A program made the translations under genes and the position numbers. Below, one piece after another: positions 46,339 through 54,010 of a stretch of 64,000 nucleotides of DNA; the first letter of the stretch is position 1, and every line of letters begins with the position of its first letter. Under the pieces are notes generated by a model. The model saw nothing but the letters and a program-made list of their open reading frames with translations. It was not told the DNA's origin and made no database searches. The DNA is from a virus, in the IMG/VR virus record IMGVR_UViG_3300017743_000004, positions 4,621 through 68,620 of that record; one strand, 5' to 3'.

Positions 46339-48060
46339 ATGGCAGAAGTCCTTCTTTCACCTGGTGTTTTAACAAGAGAAAACGACCAGTCCTTCTTAAC
46401 ACAGCAACCCATTCAAGCAGGAGCTTGTATTGTGGGTCCTACAGCAAAAGGTCCTACTACTCCTACTTTAGTCCGCTCATATTCTGATTATGTAAACAGA
46501 TTTGGTACTACTATAGTTTCGGGTTCACAGGTATACTCATATTTTACAAATATCTCAGCCCAAAATTATTTTAATAATGGTGGTACTACTTTATTAGTAG
46601 CAAGAGTTACCTCAGGTACATTTACCTCAGCAACATCTTCGTATATAGCAACCGGATCAGGAGCTGCTACTAATACTTCCCCATTCACACTAAGAACTCT
46701 CTCAGAAGGGGCTATAATGAATACCGGAGATACTGAAGGAACTAATAATACTTTAGCTTCAGGATCAATTGATAATGTTAGGTGGGAAATACCTACAGTA
46801 AATACAGCCTCAGGTGAATTTTCACTATTAATTAGACAGGGTAGTGACAGTCAAACAGAAAAAGTAGTTTTAGAATCTTATGATGGTTTATCATTAGATC
46901 CTAAATCATCTAATTTTATTTCTAAAGTAATAGGTAATACTAGAGAATCTGTAGTAACCACAGCTGATGGAACTTTTATTCAAGTATCAGGTAGTTTTCC
47001 AAACACTTCTAGATATGTAATAGTAGATAAAGTCCATGCTTTAACTCCTGATTATTTAGATAATAATGGAACTGCAAAAACTATTTTCACAGGTTCTTTA
47101 CCTTCTGTTTCAAGTGGTTCATTTGGTGGAGCTTTAGGAAATCAATTTAAAGCTTCTGAGGAAGCCTTATTCTATCAGAATATTGCAGCAGGCAATATCC
47201 AGGGATTAGATGATACTGATTACGCAACTACTTTTACTTTATTGAATAATAAAGATGAATATCAATTCAATGTAATCTCAGCTCCTGGTATTACTAGAGA
47301 TTTACATCCCACCCAATTTAACTCTTTAGTTAATTTAGCCCAAACTAGAACAGATACAATCGCAGTAGCTGATTTAGTAGGATACAATTCAACAATTGGA
47401 GCTGTAACTACACAAGCAGGAAATGTAAATAGCTCATATGCTGCTTCATATTGGCCATGGGTACAAATTAATGACCCTGATACAGGAGAATATGTATTTG
47501 TCCCTGCTTCAACATTAATCCCAGGTGTATATGCATTTAACGATTCTGTTGCAGAACCTTGGTTTGCACCCGCGGGTATTAACAGAGGTGGATTAGATAC
47601 AGTAGTACGTCCTGAGAAGAAATTAACTCAATCAAATAGAGATACTTTATACGGTGGTAAAGTAAATCCAATTGCAGTATTTCCTAATACAGGAACGGTA
47701 GTATTTGGTCAGAAAACATTACAGAAAAAAGCATCTGCTTTAGACCGCGTAAATGTTAGAAGACTGTTAATTGCTCTTAAATCATTTATTGGTCAAACAG
47801 CCGCTAACTTAGTATTTGAACAAAATACTATCACCACAAGAAACAACTTCTTAACTCAAGTAAACCCATATTTAGAATCAGTTCAACAAAGACAGGGATT
47901 ATTTGCCTTTAGAGTTGTAATGGATGATACAAATAATACACCTGATGTAATCGACAGAAATCAATTAGTTGGTCAGATTTTCTTACAGCCAACTAGAACA
48001 GCAGAATTTATTGTACTTGATTTCAACGTGTTGCCTACAGGAGTTGAATTTCCATCTTAA
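46339..48060 (+). CDS. tail sheath protein (gp18-like)
   Basis: SPGVLTREND, GPTAKGP, YWPW, WFAPAGINRG, GQKTL, DRVNVRRL, FEQN, P.RTAEFI. Confidence 0.95.
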   Translation: MAEVLLSPGVLTRENDQSFLTQQPIQAGACIVGPTAKGPTTPTLVRSYSDYVNRFGTTIVSGSQVYSYFTNISAQNYFNNGGTTLLVARVTSGTFTSATSSYIATGSGAATNTSPFTLRTLSEGAIMNTGDTEGTNNTLASGSIDNVRWEIPTVNTASGEFSLLIRQGSDSQTEKVVLESYDGLSLDPKSSNFISKVIGNTRESVVTTADGTFIQVSGSFPNTSRYVIVDKVHALTPDYLDNNGTAKTIFTGSLPSVSSGSFGGALGNQFKASEEALFYQNIAAGNIQGLDDTDYATTFTLLNNKDEYQFNVISAPGITRDLHPTQFNSLVNLAQTRTDTIAVADLVGYNSTIGAVTTQAGNVNSSYAASYWPWVQINDPDTGEYVFVPASTLIPGVYAFNDSVAEPWFAPAGINRGGLDTVVRPEKKLTQSNRDTLYGGKVNPIAVFPNTGTVVFGQKTLQKKASALDRVNVRRLLIALKSFIGQTAANLVFEQNTITTRNNFLTQVNPYLESVQQRQGLFAFRVVMDDTNNTPDVIDRNQLVGQIFLQPTRTAEFIVLDFNVLPTGVEFPS

Positions 48061-48075
48061 AAACGTAACTTAGTA

Positions 48076-48083
48076 ATATTTAT
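48076..48083 (+). promoter_or_regulatory. putative late promoter core ATATTTAT
   Basis: TAATATTTATAAACAAAA before tube ATG at 48098. Confidence 0.7.
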
Positions 48084-48097
48084 AAACAAAATATAAA

Positions 48098-48586
48098 ATG
48101 GCAGTATTAGATCCGAACGAAATTTTCTTCACAGCATTTGAGCCTAAAGTAAAAAATAGGTTTATCGCTTATATTGATGGATTTCCTTCTTATATAATTA
48201 AAGGAGTAAACGCAGTCACTATCGATAATGGAGAACAAGTATTAAACCACATTAACGTTTACCGTAAAGTAAAAGGTAAGTCAAAGTGGGGTGATGTGCA
48301 GTTTACATTATACGATCCAATTACTCCTTCAGGTGCTCAAGCAATGATCGAATGGATCAGATTACACCATGAATCTGTAACAGGTAGAGATGGTTATTCC
48401 GATTTCTATAAGAAAGATATTACATTCAATGTAATTGATCCTGTAGGCTCTATCATCTCAGAGTGGATTATGAAAGGTGCTTTCATTAAAACCGCTAACT
48501 GGGGTGATTATTCATATGATGAAGATGGTACAATCCAAAACCTTACAATGACTGTAGGTATGGATTACTGTGTATTGAACTTCTAA
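48098..48586 (+). CDS. tail tube protein (gp19-like)
   Basis: EPK..NRF, W..V.FTLYD, EW, YKKDI, W..KGAF; follows sheath. Confidence 0.9.
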   Translation: MAVLDPNEIFFTAFEPKVKNRFIAYIDGFPSYIIKGVNAVTIDNGEQVLNHINVYRKVKGKSKWGDVQFTLYDPITPSGAQAMIEWIRLHHESVTGRDGYSDFYKKDITFNVIDPVGSIISEWIMKGAFIKTANWGDYSYDEDGTIQNLTMTVGMDYCVLNF

Positions 48587-48614
48587 TACTTCGCTGCTAC
48601 CTTAGGTAGTTAAT

Positions 48615-48648
48615 AAAAACCCTGACTACGAGTTGGTCGGGGTTTTTT
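48615..48648 (+). terminator. Rho-independent terminator overlapping early- and late-type promoter motifs
   Basis: AAAAACCCTGACT...GGTCGGGGTTTTTT; TTGGTC-N17-TATATT (48633-48661) and ATATTTAT (48657-48664). Confidence 0.8.
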
Positions 48649-48678
48649 GTTTTCGTATATTTATAAACAAAATGTTTT

Positions 48679-49404
48679 ATGTCTGAACTAAAGTTCCCTA
48701 CAGAAATTATAGATTTACCCTCAAAGGGTTTACTATATCCCAAAGAAAATCCATTGTCTTCAGGTCAAGTTGAAATGAAATACATGACCGCTAAAGAAGA
48801 AGATATTTTAACCAACCAAGCTTACATTAATAAAGGAATTGTACTAGATAAACTTATTGAATCTCTAGTAGTTTCTCCTATCAATGTAAATGATCTACTT
48901 GTAGGTGATAAAAATGCCATTTTAGTAGCCTCTAGAGTACTAGGTTATGGTAAAGAATATGAATTTACATATGATGGTGAAAAGCTTGAAGTCGATTTAT
49001 CTACCCTAGATAATAAACCTTTAAACGAGGAATTATTTAAAGATGGAGTTAATAATTTTGATTTTATTTGCCCTACCTCAGGTACTAAAATTACCTTCAA
49101 ATATATTACCGGACACGACGAAAAGAAAATTGATAGAACTGTTGCAGGTTATAAAAAACTCAATAAAGATGCCTCCCCAGAACTATCAACTCGTTTGAAG
49201 TATATTATTACCTCAGTAGAAGGTGATTCAGAGCAAAAAACAATTAACGATTTTGTAGATAACTATCTTTTAGCTCGCGATTCAAGAGCCTTAAGAGAGT
49301 ATATTAAAAAAATTCAACCCGACGTTGATCTTACATTCGTTGCCCCGGATGGTGAGGTAGTTGACATTCCGATGGGATTAAGCTTTTTTTGGCCTGACCT
49401 CTGA
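48679..49404 (+). CDS. tail assembly chaperone / baseplate hub assembly protein (gp26-like)
   Basis: LPSKG, MTAKEEDIL, D..AIL...R..GYG; between tube and tape measure; ends SFFWPDL. Confidence 0.75.
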   Translation: MSELKFPTEIIDLPSKGLLYPKENPLSSGQVEMKYMTAKEEDILTNQAYINKGIVLDKLIESLVVSPINVNDLLVGDKNAILVASRVLGYGKEYEFTYDGEKLEVDLSTLDNKPLNEELFKDGVNNFDFICPTSGTKITFKYITGHDEKKIDRTVAGYKKLNKDASPELSTRLKYIITSVEGDSEQKTINDFVDNYLLARDSRALREYIKKIQPDVDLTFVAPDGEVVDIPMGLSFFWPDL

Positions 49405-49702
49405 GCTAGCACCTCAAGTCAGATTCAACATATTTAGACAAATCCATGAAATTATTTTTCATGGGAAAGGAGGATATGATTATCCTACAGTGTATAGCAT
49501 GCCCATTTGGCTCAGAAAATACACCTACTCCCAGATTAATGAATTCTATGAGAAACAAGCTAAATCATATGAGGATGCCTCTAAAGGATCAAACACCCAA
49601 ACAGCTATCGATACCGATGGTAAGGTAAATCCACAAGCATTCCGCGAAAATCAGGTTGTAGAACGCAAGCCAACCTATTCAACAAGGGCATCTAAAAAAT
49701 GA
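49382..49702 (+). CDS. frameshift extension of the chaperone (gp51-like; G/GT analogue)
   Basis: +1 frame opens after TAA at 49379-49381 and reads FFGLTSELAPQVRFNIFRQIHEIIFHGKGGYDYPTVYSMPIWLRKY..., with no ATG for about 39 codons. Confidence 0.7.
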   Translation, partial: AFFGLTSELAPQVRFNIFRQIHEIIFHGKGGYDYPTVYSMPIWLRKYTYSQINEFYEKQAKSYEDASKGSNTQTAIDTDGKVNPQAFRENQVVERKPTYSTRASKK

Positions 49703-49709
49703 TGCCCTT
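49684..49709 (+). terminator. 9-bp perfect hairpin abutting the tape-measure late promoter
   Basis: AAGGGCATC / GATGCCCTT, no U-tract; ATATTTAT at 49712-49719. Confidence 0.45.
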
Positions 49710-49733
49710 CAATATTTATAACAAAATACCCTA

Positions 49734-51758
49734 ATGTCCAAGAAAGAAGAACAAGAAAGGCTAGGCATTGTACAAGAAATAGCTAATGTTGTTATTGCTC
49801 AAACTAAGGAATTAAAGGAGCAATCTATAGAAAGAAATAAAATTCGATCTCTTGCTAGGGAAACAGTTAAATTAGCCGAAGAACAATTATTTTTTGACAA
49901 AGATTCTGTAGCTACCCAAGAGGGTTTAGATGCTGTATTAAAAAAACAAGCTCAAACCCAAGAAGCTCTAAAAAGAATAAAAGCTCAAAAGAACACTTTA
50001 GATGTCAAAGATAAAAAGCTTAAGGCAGAACTACTTAAAAATTTAAAAGAACAAAGAAAAGAACTTAAGAAAATAAATCAAAATTATCAGGAACAAGTTG
50101 AATTAGGGGAAAAAGTACAAAAGAATTTTGGTGTTAAAGTTATGGACTCTCTAGAAGACATAGCTACCAAAATTCCAGGCCTAAGAAAATTCTCAGGACC
50201 TTTTAAGGAGGCCTCACAATCAGCAAGAAAACAAGCTTTACATTTAGCTAAAGGTGGAAAAGGAATGGGTGCACTTGCCAAAGGTGCAGGTACTCTCCTT
50301 AAAAGAATGGGCCCACTTGCTCTTTTAGGGGCAGTTACTAGTTTCTTTAAAATGTTAGTAGCATCTGATAAAGCTATTGAAGATCTAGCTAGGAGTACTA
50401 ATATATCATATGGTGAATCCCAAAAATTAAGGCAAGAATTTTTAGGAATCCAACAAACTTCCAACTCTCTTTTTATCAATATGGAAAGAGTCGGGAAGGC
50501 TTTCCAAGATATTAGTACAACATTAGGAACAGGGGGAAATGTTATTGGAAAATCTAAAGAATTATTAGCTACTTTTGCAGATATCCAAGGAAGAACTGGT
50601 ATGACTAGTGACCAGTTAATGGGAATAGCTGATCTTGCTTTAACCACCAGTGGTAATTTAGAAGGGGTTACTAAAGAGTTTTTAGCTCAAGCTAAACTTA
50701 CTTCAATAAATAATGGAGTATTACTAAATACTAAAACTTTAATGGCAGATATTTCTAATGTTTCAGCTGCCACTACATTATCATTAGGAAAAAACCCACC
50801 AGCAATAGCTAGAGCAGTAGCAGAAGCTAAATCATTAGGGTTTGAACTAAATAGAATAGAATCTATTCAATCTTCTTTATTAGATTTTGAATCCTCTATT
50901 GCGGCAGAATTAGAAGCTGAAGTTTTATTAGGAAAGGATCTTAATTTAAATAAAGCAAGGGAAGCTGCTTTAAATAATGATTTAGGCACATTAGCCAGAG
51001 AAATATCTAGAGAAGCAGGAACTTCAGCTGAATTTACTAAAATGAACTTTATCCAACAGGAAGCAATTGCTAAAGCTGTTGGGATGAATCGTGAAGAATT
51101 AGCTAAAATTTTATTTGTTCAAGAAAAAATAGCTAATTTTTCAGGTGACGCCGCTGAAGAAAATAAAAAACTCCTTAATGACAGAATTAAAGCCGTAGGA
51201 TTAGAACAAGCTATGGCCGAATTCAAAGAAGGTGAATTTAAAACATTAAAAGAACAAGCTGGGATTTCAACAACTCTTAATGAGTTAATGCAAAATCTTC
51301 AAAAACTTATAGCTGGAAATGCCGAAAAAATATTAGGTCTTGCAGAATCTCTTATATCAAGCATAGATACTGTTGGGAATTTTATTACCAAGAGTTCTGG
51401 GTTTTTTAATATGTTCGCAGGATCAGTTTCTTTCAACCCAGCTCTAGTAGCTAAAGGTAGGGCGCAAATCGCCATCGCGGAATCAGAAAATATTAATGAT
51501 GGTGTAATTACCCCAACAAATGGTTTAGTTGTATCCTCAGGTGCTGGCAGTATAAACTTAGCCTCTAACGATTCAATAGTAGGAAATAAAAATGGTATTA
51601 TAGCAGGCACCAACCTATTTGATATTTCACCATTAGTTACAGAAATGCAACAAATGAGAGCTATAATGGCCCAAATTTTAAGTAAAGATACAAATGTATA
51701 CCTTGATGCAGATAAGGTAGGTACCTCATTTAATATTAATACTGTTAGTATTCAATAA
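49734..51758 (+). CDS. tape measure protein
   Basis: Long Ala/Leu/Glu/Lys helical protein after the chaperone; FESSIAAELEA.VL.GK.LNL.KAR.AAL. Confidence 0.8.
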   Translation: MSKKEEQERLGIVQEIANVVIAQTKELKEQSIERNKIRSLARETVKLAEEQLFFDKDSVATQEGLDAVLKKQAQTQEALKRIKAQKNTLDVKDKKLKAELLKNLKEQRKELKKINQNYQEQVELGEKVQKNFGVKVMDSLEDIATKIPGLRKFSGPFKEASQSARKQALHLAKGGKGMGALAKGAGTLLKRMGPLALLGAVTSFFKMLVASDKAIEDLARSTNISYGESQKLRQEFLGIQQTSNSLFINMERVGKAFQDISTTLGTGGNVIGKSKELLATFADIQGRTGMTSDQLMGIADLALTTSGNLEGVTKEFLAQAKLTSINNGVLLNTKTLMADISNVSAATTLSLGKNPPAIARAVAEAKSLGFELNRIESIQSSLLDFESSIAAELEAEVLLGKDLNLNKAREAALNNDLGTLAREISREAGTSAEFTKMNFIQQEAIAKAVGMNREELAKILFVQEKIANFSGDAAEENKKLLNDRIKAVGLEQAMAEFKEGEFKTLKEQAGISTTLNELMQNLQKLIAGNAEKILGLAESLISSIDTVGNFITKSSGFFNMFAGSVSFNPALVAKGRAQIAIAESENINDGVITPTNGLVVSSGAGSINLASNDSIVGNKNGIIAGTNLFDISPLVTEMQQMRAIMAQILSKDTNVYLDADKVGTSFNINTVSIQ

Positions 51759-51765
51759 TATTTAT
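51758..51765 (+). promoter_or_regulatory. putative late promoter core ATATTTAT
   Basis: TAATATTTATAAACAAAATG. Confidence 0.7.
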
Positions 51766-51772
51766 AAACAAA

Positions 51773-52387
51773 ATGTCGCTTAAAGATAAAACCTCAATAT
51801 ATCAGCCACTCACTCCCAAAACTCGAAAGGCAGGAAGCGCTTTTGGTAATTTACTTAACCAAGCAATCGTAGTAAAGAATGCTTCGCAAACAGGTAAATC
51901 CCCAAATTCAGACTTGTTACCCCAAGCTACTAACATAAAAAGTAATTTTGTTGAAGGTAATCCAACCTCAACAAAGTTTTCACAAACTGTATCCGTTAAT
52001 AGTGTTTCCCCTACTTTCCATAAATCATCCCTTCCACCAAGAGATAAAGGAACATCAAATAACTTTGTCCAAGGTGATAGAAGATCTAATAAAATTTTAC
52101 AAGGTACTACAGTCAGAAGTAATTCCCCAATAGGTAATCCATCTACAGGGAAAACTAACCAAACTAATAATGCCTTTTTTAATGTAGGTAAAGCTAGTCA
52201 ATTCTCTACCTCAGGAGATTTTATTAATTCTTTTTCTGGTAAAAAAGTATCGTCAGGAGCAACTGTTCCCCCTACATTTACTTTTATGGAATTATTTTTC
52301 CAAAGGGTTGGAACCTCTGGTGGAACTGAAGAAAATACTACTCCAATAAATACCTTTTTTACTAAAATTAATACAGTTGAAGTTTAA
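51773..52387 (+). CDS. low-complexity S/T/N-rich protein with internal repeats
   Basis: SNFVEGN / NNFVQGD / SPIGN repeats. Confidence 0.55.
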   Translation: MSLKDKTSIYQPLTPKTRKAGSAFGNLLNQAIVVKNASQTGKSPNSDLLPQATNIKSNFVEGNPTSTKFSQTVSVNSVSPTFHKSSLPPRDKGTSNNFVQGDRRSNKILQGTTVRSNSPIGNPSTGKTNQTNNAFFNVGKASQFSTSGDFINSFSGKKVSSGATVPPTFTFMELFFQRVGTSGGTEENTTPINTFFTKINTVEV

Positions 52388-53715
52388 TGCCTTTAATAGA
52401 TCTAAAATCTAGGTTAAGTGATTTAAAGTACGGTAAAGATAGACCCGGAGGGGGCAATTCTGTCCCACTTCAACCCTTTGTCAGAAAATCCCCCCCTAGT
52501 GGGAGATCAGTTAAATCACCTGATTTTTTAGTAAGAAATGGATTTTTATTTCCATTTTCTTTAATAGACGACTTTATTAGAGTAGGAACTTATTTTACTT
52601 CGGTTGATGGTTTACTTTTTATAGCAAAACAAAATGCTTTGGCATTAACTTCTCCAACTAAAAGTAAAACAGTTTTAGAATTTTTAAAAAGAGATGCTTA
52701 TAGTCCTATAACCTCATTAGCTCAAGTTGCTCTATCAGGGTTAGGAGTCCATTTTACAGGAAAAGGTTTTAATCCTGTGGGGAATATTGATTACATCCCA
52801 CCTATTAAAGAAAGAACATCCAGAGTTGGATATTCAAGATCACCAGGCCTTATAGATCCACCAGGTATTAGCTTTAAAGGTGTTCCTGATGAGGTAAAAC
52901 AGAAAAAAGATCCATTTAAAACTAAAGGAATTGATTCTGAACCTTTAGATAAAGTTAATGCTCTTTCTATTTATAAAAGTAGTGATGTAGATAATACAAA
53001 ACCTATTAATGATTTTATAAAATTTAGAATAGCAGCTATAGACAATGTAAACCCAACCCAAAAAGAGTATATTCATTTTAGAGCATTTTTAAATGGGTTT
53101 ACAGATAATTATAGTGCCCAATGGAATGGGTTTAGATACCCAAATAGAGGTGAACAATTTTATAAATATGGTGGGTTTGATAGAACTTTTTCATTAACTT
53201 GGACAGTATATGCCCAATCAAAGGCAGAATTGATTCCTATGTACCAAAAGTTAAACTTTCTAGCTTCCCTTTTAGCACCTGATTATGGTACAAATGGGTT
53301 TATGAAAGGAAATTTAATAGAACTTACAGTTGGTGGTTACCTCTTCAACCAACCCGGCTTTATTACTAGCTTAACTTATACAGCCCCAGAAGATACACCA
53401 TATGAAATAGGGGTGGTTAATTCTCCCCCATTATCTATTGGGGGTGAAGGAGAACAAGACCTTTCAGTAAAAGAATTACCTTATAGAATTAATGTAAGTA
53501 CTTTTAACTTTACACCAATCCATAACTTTGTTCCTGAAAAACAAAAGAACTTATATAATGGTTTAGGTAATTCTATTTCAGAATTTGGAAACCAAAGATA
53601 TATAGCTTTACAATCCGAAAATAATAATTATTCTAGTGATGCAGGTGTAAGACCAAATGGGGGTAAAATTGATTCTAAAGTATTAATTAATAAACCTGTA
53701 AATTCTAATGGCTAA
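52387..53715 (+). CDS. baseplate tube initiator-like protein
   Basis: FRAFL..F.DNY.A.W, RGEQFYKY.GFDR.FS; lies before LysM and hub genes. Confidence 0.6.
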   Translation: MPLIDLKSRLSDLKYGKDRPGGGNSVPLQPFVRKSPPSGRSVKSPDFLVRNGFLFPFSLIDDFIRVGTYFTSVDGLLFIAKQNALALTSPTKSKTVLEFLKRDAYSPITSLAQVALSGLGVHFTGKGFNPVGNIDYIPPIKERTSRVGYSRSPGLIDPPGISFKGVPDEVKQKKDPFKTKGIDSEPLDKVNALSIYKSSDVDNTKPINDFIKFRIAAIDNVNPTQKEYIHFRAFLNGFTDNYSAQWNGFRYPNRGEQFYKYGGFDRTFSLTWTVYAQSKAELIPMYQKLNFLASLLAPDYGTNGFMKGNLIELTVGGYLFNQPGFITSLTYTAPEDTPYEIGVVNSPPLSIGGEGEQDLSVKELPYRINVSTFNFTPIHNFVPEKQKNLYNGLGNSISEFGNQRYIALQSENNNYSSDAGVRPNGGKIDSKVLINKPVNSNG

Positions 53716-54007
53716 TCGTTATAATACAATACCACAAACTAGAATTGAAGGAAAACGTGTTTACCAAAATGTTAAATATCCTGACATTCCGTTATCTGAA
53801 AATGATATTTATGTGCAATCATCTCAAGGAGATAGATTCGATATTTTAGCACAACAATACTATGGTGATTCATCTCTATGGTGGGTTATTTCTTCTGCTA
53901 ATAATGATTTACCACAGGATTCTTTAGTAATACCTTTAAGACAACAAATTAGAATCCCCTCAAATCCCTCAATAGCTATCCAGCTATTTGAATCTTTAAA
54001 TTCTTAA
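53708..54007 (+). CDS. LysM-type baseplate protein
   Basis: GDRFDILAQQYYGDSSLWWVI..AN.....QIRIP. Confidence 0.85.
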   Translation: MANRYNTIPQTRIEGKRVYQNVKYPDIPLSENDIYVQSSQGDRFDILAQQYYGDSSLWWVISSANNDLPQDSLVIPLRQQIRIPSNPSIAIQLFESLNS

Positions 54008-54010
54008 GTT

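Noticed and set aside
49402-49440. TGA read-through of the chaperone
   Set aside because: The 0-frame meets TAG about 11 codons later; the long protein-like continuation is in the +1 frame.
49446-49628. 60-aa ORF as the -1 frameshift product
   Set aside because: Frame is closed by stops between the slippery run and this ORF; the +1 frame carries the gp51-like MPIWLR motif.
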